63,968 nt of DNA, filler included, from 6 parts of 6 records of this genome joined end to end with filler, not necessarily neighbours in it, one strand, 5' to 3'; shown: positions 9,760 to 19,988, counted from the first letter of the whole stretch. A program made the numbers and translations. Notes: a model not told the origin generated them from the sequence alone.

Positions 9760-9859
9760 NNNNNNNNNNNNNNNNNNNNNNNNNNNNNNNNNNNNNNNNN
9801 NNNTTAATTAATTAANNNNNNNNNNNNNNNNNNNNNNNNNNNNNNNNNNNNNNNNNNNN
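9760..9859. other. Artificial contig linker
   Basis: N-run, TTAATTAATTAA (stops in all six frames), N-run. Confidence 0.98.
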
Positions 9860-10623
9860 ACCGGTTTTTGACACATGCGGCGGTTCTTAGCGCGTATATG
9901 TCACCAAACCGGCCAATCGCCACACATCGCAGGATCTCTGGTAGCCTGAGTTCTGCTAAGCGGACAAAGCACCATTTCGCTGCAATTTCGCAAAGGTCGG
10001 CAATGGGTTCATGCACCGCAGTAATAGACGATGTATAGCAGTGGCTTGTTGGCCTAACCTCATTCTTGCCAGCCCATTCTCAGGAATGGGTTGTTTGCTC
10101 TGGCTTTGCAGACTGTTCAAGCGGCCGACCAAAGGATACTGCAATTGTATCTGCTAAGTACTAATCTTCCCCCTTCTACATCAGAAAGCACTTGGAACTG
10201 AGATGGGGCGGCGCTGTTTCTGTCTTTGGTACAGGAGACGTACATCTTGTAGGCAGCCCCGTTGGGATTTTTGGCCTAGGGCACCGGTGGTTTGCAGAAG
10301 TGGTTGTAATGCTAGGCCTATATGCCCATTTAGAAGCTAAAAATGACTTGGGCTCTGTGTTTGAAATTCGCAGCACCTTAGCCATTGGCAAACGTTTGAA
10401 AAACGGTAGAGCAATATCAATGGGCTGTACCCACAAATCCAATGCCTCAACCGCGGCGAAAAACGCCGGGGTTAATGCGCTGCTGCTGCGTTGGCATTTT
10501 CCCCTCTAACAATACCCCGTAGCCAGCAACTGAGGCAGGGCCCGAGTTCACCAACCGTTTCAGAAAGAGTCCTAAGTGCCGCGTTTGAAACATCTAGTCA
10601 TATAGATTTGTCTGATATATCCC

Positions 10624-10656
10624 TATTCAATACTTCTAATGTAGAAATATTGAATA
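10624..10656. promoter_or_regulatory. AT-rich inverted repeat abutting the araC start codon
   Basis: TATTCAATA-C-TTCTA-ATG-TAGAA-A-TATTGAATA. Confidence 0.6.
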
Positions 10657-11666
10657 TGCCCAGCGTAACCAATGCATTCGCACGCGCTATGGCCGAAGCG
10701 GCCGGGATGACGTTAACAGATGAAGGTGCGCTGGTTTCGAACGGCGCCGTCGTCCTTCGTTTGCCACGTCCCATCGATGGGTTGCTTGCAGACACAGATT
10801 ACTTTGATCTTATCGACTGGATACGCGAACGGCATCCTGATGAAGTTGCATTAGTCGAAGCCTATGCCACATCCATTCAAACCGATGATCTTGGCGTTCT
10901 TGGGCTGGCAATCAAAACGGCACCAACGCTACGGGCCTCTCTGCAGCGTGTTGAACGGTATTTTCGTCTTGTAACAGACACTGCTGTTTATCAGCTTGTT
11001 GAAAAAGGCCCCGACGCCTTTTGGATTTTCCAGAGCCAAACACTTCATCGTGCTGCGCTTGAGCTACGCAACGAATGCGCTCTTGCAGGCTTTGCACAAA
11101 ATATGCACCGGTTCGTTGGATCCGGACTTGTTCTGAGTTCGGTTTCGTTTCGCCACACTTGCCGATGTGATCCAGATCGATACGCAGCACATTTTGGGTG
11201 CCCGGTCCAATTCAATGCGGACCAAGACGCGATCCAGCTCAAAATTGAAATGCTCGACCTCTCGAACCGGCTTAGTGACCAGGCAGTATCGGACTTCCTG
11301 ACAGGGCACCTCGAAACTAAAATGAGTTCGCTCAAAGACCCTCAGTCATTCAGCAGCATGCTATTACATCATCTTACCCCAACGCTCAGCACTGGGTTGC
11401 CTCAGGCAGCGGACATTGCTCGCGAAATGGGCATGAGCGAACGCACGTTTTATCGCCGTCTTGCAAAAGAGGGGCTTACGTTTCGCGACGTGCTGGCGAA
11501 CGCCCAATCTTCGCTCGCGCAAAAGCTTCTGCGAGACGACAAGGTTTCAATCGCAGAGATTGCCTTTTTGACCGGCTTTTCCGAACAAAGCACCTTTACT
11601 CGTGCCTTTAAGCGATGGGTTGGTAAGGCCCCGGCCCAGTTCAGACAGCAATCTTCTACTGTTTGA
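10656..11666 (+). CDS. AraC family transcriptional regulator
   Basis: N-terminal LGVLGLAIKTAPTL ligand-domain motif; C-terminal double HTH (IAREMGMSERTFYRRL; IAFLTGFSEQSTFTRAFKRW). Confidence 0.92.
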   Translation: MPSVTNAFARAMAEAAGMTLTDEGALVSNGAVVLRLPRPIDGLLADTDYFDLIDWIRERHPDEVALVEAYATSIQTDDLGVLGLAIKTAPTLRASLQRVERYFRLVTDTAVYQLVEKGPDAFWIFQSQTLHRAALELRNECALAGFAQNMHRFVGSGLVLSSVSFRHTCRCDPDRYAAHFGCPVQFNADQDAIQLKIEMLDLSNRLSDQAVSDFLTGHLETKMSSLKDPQSFSSMLLHHLTPTLSTGLPQAADIAREMGMSERTFYRRLAKEGLTFRDVLANAQSSLAQKLLRDDKVSIAEIAFLTGFSEQSTFTRAFKRWVGKAPAQFRQQSSTV

Positions 11667-11685
11667 TCTGCACAATGTCTGTCTA

Positions 11686-11722
11686 TGGCAGGTTTGGCCA
11701 AGATCGTGGCAGGCTGGGCCAA
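11686..11722 (+). promoter_or_regulatory. Tandem direct repeats, probable AraC-family binding site
   Basis: TGGCAGGTTTGGCCAA (11686) and TGGCAGGCTGGGCCAA (11707): 14/16 identical, 21-bp period. Confidence 0.75.
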
Positions 11723-11837
11723 TACCAGCACCCCATACCCAGCGTAATGTCGTCTCATGGACCAACAGAGAGGAATGTCAGCGTGAGCGCATTGCTACGC
11801 CGCCACAGCCTCTCCCCGAAAGAGAAAGACGTTCGCC

Positions 11838-12086
11838 ATGAGACAGGGCAACAGAATACCTCAAGTAACCTCTACCAATCGTAACGGCATTGCGCCTTGG
11901 GAAATACCCCAAGCGGGATATACCGACAGAACTGGTATGTACGGCATGCTGGTTGTCGCCATCGTGGCGGCACTGCTCGTCGGTGCGATGGCATTCCTGA
12001 TTTTTATGTCAGGTGAAACGTTGACGCATGCGCTGCACGACGGCGGCATAGCAGATGCGGTCACGGATTTGCCCTCTATGGCCTAA
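11838..12086 (+). CDS. Small single-TM hypothetical protein
   Basis: 82-aa ORF with one hydrophobic helix; first ORF after the direct repeats. Confidence 0.5.
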   Translation: MRQGNRIPQVTSTNRNGIAPWEIPQAGYTDRTGMYGMLVVAIVAALLVGAMAFLIFMSGETLTHALHDGGIADAVTDLPSMA

Positions 12087-12294
12087 CCAAGCACGGCTCC
12101 ATCAAACACCAGTTCTGTTCGAACCAACCGTTTGAGGAACACGGCACCGATCCCCCATCACGGTTCAAGCCCCTCCTGATGCCTATAGCGCAAGCGGGTT
12201 GGCGGTGGCGTGGCTCGTGTAAGGGACTTCACCTCACCCACCGGCAGCAAAATACCTAACCAAGCTGCCACCATCCAAGCAAAGGACCCTTTCC

Positions 12295-13158
12295 ATGAAT
12301 GAGCATGATCACCACCACAGTAGTTGCGGTTGCGATGTTACGCCCGAGCGCGTTGACATGGCTCGTCGCCGTCTGATGACACGGGCTGCAGGAGCCGCCG
12401 CGGCAGGCGTGGCCGCCGTGGCAGGCGGAACAGCAACCGCCGCAACTGAAGAGGCTCGCGCCTATTATGCAGACCCCAAATCTCCCGGCCTGCCCCAGAT
12501 CGACATGAATATTGATCCAGGCCGCACAGCATTGGTCGTCACGGATCCGCAGATCGACTTTTTGTCCGAAGACGGCGTAACTTGGGGGGTCGTTGGCGAA
12601 AGCGTGACCGAACAAGGAACCGTGGACAACATCGAGCGTTTGTTCATCGCGGCAAAGGCCGCAGGCATGCCTGTTTTCATCTCTCCCCACTATTACTACC
12701 CCCACGACCACAAGTGGAATTTTGAAGGCACACTGGAAGCGACCATGCATTCCATCGGTATGTTTGACCGGCTGGGGCCGCTGAACCTTGAGAACTTCGA
12801 AGGATCGGGCGCTGATTGGATGCCGCAATACAAGAAGTACATTGAAGATGGCGAAACCATCGTCTGTTCGCCGCACAAAGTTTACAGCCCGGCCCAAAAC
12901 GATCTGAATCTTCAGCTGCGGAAACGTGGAATCGACAAAGTGATCCTGGCAGGTATGTCCGCGAACCTCTGCACGCAGGCGCACCTCTATGATCTGCTGG
13001 AACTGGGGTACGAAGTTGCTGTCGTGCGTGATGCGACCGCCGGTGCAAAGGTACCCGAAGGCGATGGATATCTGGCTGCGCTGATCAACTTCCGGATGGT
13101 TGCAAACGGTCTCTGGTGGACAGACGACGCAGTGGACCGGATTGGAAAATCCGCCTGA
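12295..13158 (+). CDS. Tat-exported cysteine hydrolase (isochorismatase family)
   Basis: Twin-arginine signal ARRRLM plus Ala-rich h-region; catalytic D (VTDPQIDF), K (HKVY) and C (SANLC). Confidence 0.88.
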   Translation: MNEHDHHHSSCGCDVTPERVDMARRRLMTRAAGAAAAGVAAVAGGTATAATEEARAYYADPKSPGLPQIDMNIDPGRTALVVTDPQIDFLSEDGVTWGVVGESVTEQGTVDNIERLFIAAKAAGMPVFISPHYYYPHDHKWNFEGTLEATMHSIGMFDRLGPLNLENFEGSGADWMPQYKKYIEDGETIVCSPHKVYSPAQNDLNLQLRKRGIDKVILAGMSANLCTQAHLYDLLELGYEVAVVRDATAGAKVPEGDGYLAALINFRMVANGLWWTDDAVDRIGKSA

Positions 13159-13288
13159 CGAAGGGTCTTTGACTGGTCAAAAGAGACCTTTTCAGAGTCC
13201 CAAACACACTCTCGGCACGGTGATGCCTCTGCTGCCCTCCCCAGCCTAGCACTGCCGTGCCCTTATCCCTCAATGAAAAGAGAAAATC

Positions 13289-13774
13289 ATGAACACCACT
13301 TCATTTCTTCACGCGACGGCCCTTGCGGTAACACTTGCTCTTGCCTCTCCTGTTTTCGCTGCCGACGAATACAACGTCTCAAATGGGCTCAGCCTCAACG
13401 GAAACCCTCTGGGGATGCACGGCGTAGATCCAGTTTCGATGTTCAAAGATGGCGCCCCTGCTGTTGGTGACGCGATGTATACATCCAGCCATGACGGCGT
13501 GGACTATTACTTTAGCACGGCCAAAGCTCAGCAAGATTTTGAAGCCGATCCCAAAACCTATTTGCCCCAATTTGGCGGGTTCTGCGCCTTTGGCGTGTTT
13601 GTTGGCAAAAAGCTAGACGGTGATGTCCGGTATGCCGACATTGTCGATGGAAAATTGTACCTCTTTGTCAATGCTGCGATCTTCCAAAAGTATCAGGAAG
13701 ACAAAACCTCTGTGATCAAAGGGGCAAACGCAAAATGGGTCGAAATCGTGCATTCACCAGTGAGTGATCTCTAA
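13289..13774 (+). CDS. Secreted YHS domain-containing protein
   Basis: Signal peptide (..VFA|A); GVDPVS, YYFST, PQFGGFCAFG and IVDGKLYL motifs. Confidence 0.85.
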   Translation: MNTTSFLHATALAVTLALASPVFAADEYNVSNGLSLNGNPLGMHGVDPVSMFKDGAPAVGDAMYTSSHDGVDYYFSTAKAQQDFEADPKTYLPQFGGFCAFGVFVGKKLDGDVRYADIVDGKLYLFVNAAIFQKYQEDKTSVIKGANAKWVEIVHSPVSDL

Positions 13775-13966
13775 CTCAACGATTGGCCAAACTCCGGCGC
13801 CTACTGACCAGATGGAGGTGCCCCAGTCTCTTTCTCTCTGCCTGCAAGATCAGACTGCACTGATCTTCGTTGCCGCACACACCTGAAAAATGGTTGCCCA
13901 GCCTCGTTGAGGATGCGCCCGATAACATCAGGCACATGCGGGAACCAACTGAAAATGGAACCGAAC

Positions 13967-14536
13967 ATGACGACTTTTAGCACACACACTTTGGACACTG
14001 CACCAGCGGCCGCCAAGCCAATCCTGCAAAACGCACTCAAGGCCTATGGGTTTGTGCCGAACCTCTATGCCACTATGGCAGAGGCGCCGACCATTCTGGA
14101 AGGGTACACAACCTTATCAGAAATCTTCGGCAAAGCTGATCTTTCAGAAACCGAACGCCAGATCATCTTGATGACCAACAATCGTCTCAACCGCTGTGAT
14201 TACTGCATGGCAGCACACACAACTCTTTCTCAAATGGGAGGTGTCAAAGAAGAGGTCATCAAAGCTCTGCGCAATAACACACCTATTCTGGACAGCAAGT
14301 TAGAAGCCTTGCGTCAGCTCACGATTGAACTTCACAAAAGCCGCGGCTGGTTAACGAGTTCACAAATGGAAAAGGTGTTAGCTGCTGGCTATACACGACA
14401 AACTATTTTCGAAGTCATTCTCGGCACAGCCCTAAAGACGTTGTCGAATTATACTAATCACATCGCAGAAACAGATTTGGACGCTGCCTTTGTCCCGAAC
14501 ACATGGACTGTCGTAGATTCTCAAGCAGCTGAGTAG
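13967..14536 (+). CDS. Carboxymuconolactone decarboxylase/AhpD-like protein
   Basis: GFVPNLYATMA, CDYCMAAH (CxxC) and KTLSNYTNH motifs. Confidence 0.88.
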   Translation: MTTFSTHTLDTAPAAAKPILQNALKAYGFVPNLYATMAEAPTILEGYTTLSEIFGKADLSETERQIILMTNNRLNRCDYCMAAHTTLSQMGGVKEEVIKALRNNTPILDSKLEALRQLTIELHKSRGWLTSSQMEKVLAAGYTRQTIFEVILGTALKTLSNYTNHIAETDLDAAFVPNTWTVVDSQAAE

Positions 14537-14918
14537 TATCAAAGGCTGGTCAGCTGCTAAAAAAAATGCTGCCAACCATTGACCAGTAATAAAAATGTGA
14601 ACCGCCAACTGAGAGCATCTCTCGGTTGGCTATCCGCGAACTCTCCTTTTCTGGACGCAACTCACCCAACTGTCGAGGCAAGAAATTTTATGCTTCGAAC
14701 CCATTACCAACCTTACCTTAATCAGCCACTTTGCTGCCAAGGCGTGTCTGTTCCCAGCCCAAAGTTGACCTTCAAGTGGTCAAATTTCGATTTTTACCAC
14801 CTGCATCTCAAAGCTCATACCGGGGATTATTCAGTTCTAGCGCTCTAAAATTTAGACAAGCAATTGCCAGAACCTTCAACCGGCGGCTCTAAATTAGCAG
14901 ACATATTTCGCCTACCAG

Positions 14919-15185
14919 CTAGCCGATTTTGACTTTGTGCTTTGACTCAGCTTGTTGAAAAACAGCCATAGTAACAAAAATTCCAGCAATAATGGCCATG
15001 TGTGCCACGGCGGTGACGCCAAACACGATGTAACTACCAAGCGAAATTGAGAAAACTGCGCTCCACATCCAAGCTAGCATTTGCATCAACATGTGGGCGA
15101 CGGGCAGCGATTGGTTCCTCAGGGGACTTTTTGTCTCGTCCATAATTGCCGAAAACCCGAAATTTTCTGATCTAGTAAAATTCAT
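14919..15185 (-). CDS. Small two-TM hypothetical membrane protein
   Basis: RBS GGAGG; MQMLAWMWSAVF and TAVAH helices. Confidence 0.7.
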   Translation of the reverse strand: MNFTRSENFGFSAIMDETKSPLRNQSLPVAHMLMQMLAWMWSAVFSISLGSYIVFGVTAVAHMAIIAGIFVTMAVFQQAESKHKVKIG

Positions 15186-15339
15186 CTCTTTTCCTCCGTT
15201 GTGCTGACTATACGGATCGCGAGGCGGTTTGGATCACACTGCCCCAAGTCAAAGTATCTTTGAATGCATCGTTCTGAACGGTCATTTGGTGCCTTCGGCA
15301 GATGATTGAATTTCAATATAAGGCACCCGCACAGGCTGG

Positions 15340-15732
15340 CGCAGTCACATGCAATCTATGACAACACAGAAGAGAAATTTGAGTTTATCCATAGCAAGAG
15401 TCGGGAGAATACGATGAAGTATCTGAAAGATACCGATGTCGTGTTGGATTATGGATGTGGAACAGGAACCACCGCCTGCGAAATTTCAAGCTTAGTGAAA
15501 CGTGTTCGTGCGATTGATATTTCATCTGGAATGATCGAAATTGCTAAGATCAAAGCGGCTTCTGACGGCGTGGTCAATGTTGATTTTGACCACGCCGATA
15601 TCTTTGATGAACAATTTGAAGAGTGCAGATTTGGACGCTCTGGTGTCAGATGATCGATTTGATGTCACAACTACAGAAGAGATTTTTAAAGGCGCATCCA
15701 GCTACTTTATGGTGGCAACGAAAGCAACTTAG
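15340..15732 (+). pseudogene. Class I SAM-dependent methyltransferase remnant
   Basis: VLDYGCGTG and AIDISSGMI motifs; no good start; the C-terminus (..SSYFMVATKAT) is in another frame after an apparent deletion near 15625. Confidence 0.7.
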
Positions 15733-16529
15733 CTGGCTGGGATGTGTGGCGTTCTTTCGTTTTTGGCAACGTTCCCAAGTTCAATGATGGTGTGGCTCCA
15801 GTTTCGGTGATGTCGATTTCGAATTCGAGCCCAAGATCCCGCAAAGCAGTCATTGGAGCCGGTGCTGCGAAAAGTCGGTTTTGTCAACTCAGCTTCAGTT
15901 CGCACCTGACGCCGCGAAAGGCGGCTCCGCCCAGATCAGCCACTCATGCCCGATGGGGTGAACTGGTGGATCGAGGCCAAAGTCACCTATGCTACGCGAC
16001 GCATCAACGTCCGTTCTGGGTAGTGCCGCGAAGACGGCCTCGTGACCGGCCTAAAGCAACCTTCAAGAAGAAATTCTGCCGGTGCGGCGAAGCTTCACCG
16101 AACCAGCATTTCGCGCGGATGTAAAATGAGTAGATTCGAGACGTGCCCTGAGCAAAAGTCGCTGCTGCTTTTCTGATGAAGTCGAATTTCGACCTCTAAA
16201 TTTGGACCTTCACCAGATTTTGTTTAGACCTGTTTCGAATGAACGTTTGTATTTCGCGTATTGTTACCGCTGAAGATCGACTTATGGTTCTTCCTCCGTG
16301 ATGGGTGCAGCTCATATAGTAAGATTATTCATTTGATGATGTGATGCTTTGTGTTGACCTCTATGGTCTTAAAAAATTGAAAATGGCGGTAAGGCGAACA
16401 GGGTTTGGGATTTCAGAAACATGATGCAAGCTTCTGAAAAACAGAATAAATTGCGCGCAAGGACCATTATCCATTGATGAAATCTATGATCGTCGAGTGG
16501 CATTCGCGGCATCTCTGGCGGCCCAAAAT

Positions 16530-16789
16530 TGCTCACCGATGCTGTCTTCGCTATGCAGGCCATCCAACACGATCCTGATCTTCTCTTCAGAGGAATAATG
16601 CTCGCCCCTCTCATCGATACTGCGTATCAATTGCCGGGCAGTGGTGCGCGCGTTTGATATCTTTGATGATCTTCTCGCCAAGGCTCTTCGTTGTCTTTCT
16701 CATCGTCCGCTCCTCAGTGGCTACGATGAGCAACAGACCCTCTCTTAGCAAATTACCCTATTTGGACCCATAAGTGCTGACGTCAAACA
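16530..16789 (-). mobile_element. IS3-family left end and degraded orfA
   Basis: Minus strand begins TGTTTGACG..; ATG 16703 MRKTTKSLGEKIIKDIKRA, then after an interruption HYSSEEKIRIVLDGL..EDSI. Confidence 0.75.
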
Positions 16790-16894
16790 AGAGTCGATCT
16801 TATGCTAATTTCACCATCTGAAATCACATTCGACCAAATCAACAATTTTGTGCCGGTGTTAGCTTCATGAAATTCGATAATCCTATCTCCGCCC

Positions 16895-18577
16895 TCAAAC
16901 CTGGAACACAGTCTCGCCTTTCCAAATTGTCTCCTGCACTTGGATGTCAGCAATTTGCTTTGACGACATTGTGCGTATATCATCAGACAAAACAATGAAA
17001 TCCGCCCATGCGCCCGAAGTCAATGTGGCCGTCTGCTCTGCTAAGCCAAGTGCCCGTGCAGAATTTTTCGTAAAAAGCGACAACGCTTCATCAAGGCTGA
17101 TGGCTTGCGATGCGTTCATCGTTCCCGGGTAAGTCCCCGTCGGATCGCGCCTGTCCAGCATAGCAGCCAGACCGCTCCAAGGATCGGCATCTGGAGCGCT
17201 GGCAGGCCAATCAGTGGCAAAGATGACGTCCGCGCCTGCATCGAGCAAATCACGGATGCGGTGTAGATTTTGCATTTGCTGTGAACTTAGAACGGCTTGT
17301 TGTGACGGGGTCGCGGCGTTTGGCATCCATAGCTTAGGTGACACTTCGGCAACCGCGTTCAAGGCCGCAAATCGGGGTAGATCAGCATCGCTGACAAATG
17401 CAGAGTGTGCAATTTCATGGCGCAACCCAGACGCTCCGTTGGCGCGCCGGGCCGCCTCGATTGCGTCCAACCCTTTGCGAATGGCATTATCGCCGACCGC
17501 ATGCATCTTGACGATATATCCGTGCCGGTCCAGTTCAATCACCGTTTCGTTCAGTTCCTCTGGTGACATCAGCAGAGTTTCATCAGGAGCATGATTTGCC
17601 AGGTCATAACCGGGAGCAGGCTGGTAGGCATCAAGAAACGAGGCGGTGTGCGCCGGTGCCACGCCATCGAGAAAAAGCTTAGCATAGTGCAGGCGCAGAT
17701 CATCGCGTGCATAGGTCTCGCGCAAGCGGTTCACCTCAGCCAAGGGGACCCGACCGCCCGACAAGGGAGAATAGGCTGTGATATGTGCAGCCCCGTGTAT
17801 CGTCCAGCGCCCTTCATCACAGGCTTGGGCATAGGTCTTTAGGATGTCCTCATCTGCCATCGGTTCCCTAAATCCGGTATATCCAAGACTGTTGAGATAC
17901 TTCACTGCATAGTCACATGCCTGCCGAAGCTGATCTGGGGTCTCGGCAAGTGATTTGCTCACCGGTGCCAGGGCCGCTTCGGCGAGAAAGCCGGTGAGAC
18001 GCCCATCTTCATCGCGTTCAATCACCCCACCTTGAATTGGCGCTGAATTTTCACCTAGGCCTGCGTGCGATAAGGCAAGCGTGTTGCACCACATCGCATG
18101 TCGGCTGGTGTCATAGAGCGCGACAGGATTGTCAGGTGCCAATTGGTCAAGCCATGCGCGCGGCGACATTCCTAGATCATCGCGCATCTGGTATCGCCAT
18201 GGGCCGCCACTGACCCACCCCCCTTTGCCAACACTCTGCGCGCGCTGACGTACCGCATCGCCAAGCTGGGCGGTTGTGGCTGTATAGCCGACATAGACCT
18301 GAAACAGATCACGGCAAGCCCCCCAAAGGGCGTGCGTGTGGGATTCGATAAGGCCCGGCATAACAAACCTGCGGCCCAGCGAAACAAGCTGGGTATTGGG
18401 GCCGGCAAAGGCATCCATATCGTCATCGCTACCGCAGGTCAGAATGCGGCCATCGCGGACAGCGATAGCCTGTACCTGAGGATTAAGAGGGTCCAGCGTC
18501 ATAATGTTGCCGCCGTGAAAGATTTTATCTGCCTTTTGCATCTGCATTCCCTGCCGTTGTTGACAATGTGTCGTCAC
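16895..18577 (-). CDS. Amidohydrolase (amidohydrolase_3/YtcJ-like)
   Basis: PGLIESHTH, KLFLDG, MHAVGD, RHEIAH and FATDWP metal-binding motifs; start may be 18547. Confidence 0.88.
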   Translation of the reverse strand: MTTHCQQRQGMQMQKADKIFHGGNIMTLDPLNPQVQAIAVRDGRILTCGSDDDMDAFAGPNTQLVSLGRRFVMPGLIESHTHALWGACRDLFQVYVGYTATTAQLGDAVRQRAQSVGKGGWVSGGPWRYQMRDDLGMSPRAWLDQLAPDNPVALYDTSRHAMWCNTLALSHAGLGENSAPIQGGVIERDEDGRLTGFLAEAALAPVSKSLAETPDQLRQACDYAVKYLNSLGYTGFREPMADEDILKTYAQACDEGRWTIHGAAHITAYSPLSGGRVPLAEVNRLRETYARDDLRLHYAKLFLDGVAPAHTASFLDAYQPAPGYDLANHAPDETLLMSPEELNETVIELDRHGYIVKMHAVGDNAIRKGLDAIEAARRANGASGLRHEIAHSAFVSDADLPRFAALNAVAEVSPKLWMPNAATPSQQAVLSSQQMQNLHRIRDLLDAGADVIFATDWPASAPDADPWSGLAAMLDRRDPTGTYPGTMNASQAISLDEALSLFTKNSARALGLAEQTATLTSGAWADFIVLSDDIRTMSSKQIADIQVQETIWKGETVFQV

Positions 18578-18586
18578 CTGGCCTGT

Positions 18587-19858
18587 TCAGTTAAAAAGGT
18601 TGCCATATTTCGTTCGCAGTTCCTTTTTCTGAACTTTGCCCATTGCATTGCGCGGCAGTTCATCGACGATAAACACCTTTTTGGGCTGTTTGAAGCGTGC
18701 CAGTTTCGACCTGATCCCTTCCGAGATCGCATCAGGATTTACGTTGGACGAATTTTCCGCAACGACCACCGCAACAACTGCTTCGCCAAAGTCCGGATGC
18801 GTAACACCGATCACAGCGCTTTCAACAACGCCCGGCAGGTCGTCGATAAGCAATTCGATTTCCTTTGGATAGATGTTGTAGCCGCCGGAAATGATAAGAT
18901 CCTTTTCCCGTCCGACAATGTGGACATATCCATCCTCGTCAATCCGGCCCAGATCACCGGTGATAAAGAACCCGTTATCGCGCAGCTCCTCTGCCGTTTT
19001 TTCCGGCATCTTCCAATAGCCCGCAAACACATTTGGGCCCCGCACTTCCAATGCGCCGATATCTCCCTGCGGCAGGACATTGCCTGTTATGCTATCTGTC
19101 ACGATCACCTCGACCCCGGGCAGTGGAAATCCCACTGTCCCTGGCTTGCGCGCGCCATCATAGGGGTTGGAGGTGTTCATATTGGTCTCTGTCATGCCAT
19201 AGCGTTCAAGGATGGCGTGACCTGTCAGCGCGTGCCATCGGTCGTGAGTTTCGGCCAACAAAGGGGCTGAACCGGAGACAACCAACCGCATGTCGCGCGC
19301 CGCATCGGCAAGCCCCTCTCGACTCAGCAATCGGACATAAAACGTCGGCACGCCCATCAGAACCGAGGCCGAGGGCATATATCCCAGGATCGCGTCCGGG
19401 TCGAACTGCGCCATAAAGATGCAAGAGCTGCCCGCCATCATGGTGACATTCAACGCAACGAACAATCCATGGGTATGAAAGATCGGCAAGGCATGGATAA
19501 GGACGTCTTTGGACGTGAATTGCCAGTACTCCGCCAGTGTTTCAGCATTTGAGGCCAAAGCCCCATGTGTCAGCATCGCCCCTTTGGACCGCCCCGTTGT
19601 GCCGGAAGTATAAAGGATTGCGGCAAGGTCATTCTTGCCACGGGCAACAGGCACAAACCCTGCATCCTGTTGATCGCGCAAATCAATAAGCGTCCCAGTC
19701 TCATCAGGCGCAATTGTCAGCACCGCAGCAACGCCGCAGGTATCAGCAATGGGTGAAAGTTCCTCCAGCCGTTTGGAATCACAGACCAGAACACGCGGTT
19801 CTGCATCGTTCAGAAAGTAGGTCAGTTCAGCCGCTGTATAGGCCGTATTCAAAGGCAG
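18587..19858 (-). CDS. matB: Malonyl-CoA synthetase (5' truncated)
   Basis: YTSGTTGRSKG, HALPIFHTHGLFVA, ILERYGMTET and PRNAMGKVQK motifs. Confidence 0.88.
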   Translation of the reverse strand: MPLNTAYTAAELTYFLNDAEPRVLVCDSKRLEELSPIADTCGVAAVLTIAPDETGTLIDLRDQQDAGFVPVARGKNDLAAILYTSGTTGRSKGAMLTHGALASNAETLAEYWQFTSKDVLIHALPIFHTHGLFVALNVTMMAGSSCIFMAQFDPDAILGYMPSASVLMGVPTFYVRLLSREGLADAARDMRLVVSGSAPLLAETHDRWHALTGHAILERYGMTETNMNTSNPYDGARKPGTVGFPLPGVEVIVTDSITGNVLPQGDIGALEVRGPNVFAGYWKMPEKTAEELRDNGFFITGDLGRIDEDGYVHIVGREKDLIISGGYNIYPKEIELLIDDLPGVVESAVIGVTHPDFGEAVVAVVVAENSSNVNPDAISEGIRSKLARFKQPKKVFIVDELPRNAMGKVQKKELRTKYGNLFN

Positions 19859-19958
19859 NNNNNNNNNNNNNNNNNNNNNNNNNNNNNNNNNNNNNNNNNN
19901 NNTTAATTAATTAANNNNNNNNNNNNNNNNNNNNNNNNNNNNNNNNNNNNNNNNNNNN
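19859..19958. other. Artificial contig linker
   Basis: N-run, TTAATTAATTAA, N-run. Confidence 0.98.
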
Positions 19959-19988
19959 CGAATTTACACCACGCCCCGGGACGCTACC
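19959..19988. mobile_element. Probable IS256-family terminal inverted repeat inserted in the terminase gene
   Basis: TTTACACCACGCCCCGGGACGCTACC reads YTTPRDAT, a pattern recalled from IS256 ends; terminase similarity stops right after MQRLSE. Confidence 0.6.

Noticed and set aside
10176-10509. Short overlapping ORFs upstream of araC
   Set aside because: No RBS or recognisable motif; probably decayed or non-coding DNA.
13289-13774. Selenoprotein recoding in the YHS gene
   Set aside because: The motif residue is an ordinary TGC Cys codon and there is no in-frame TGA.
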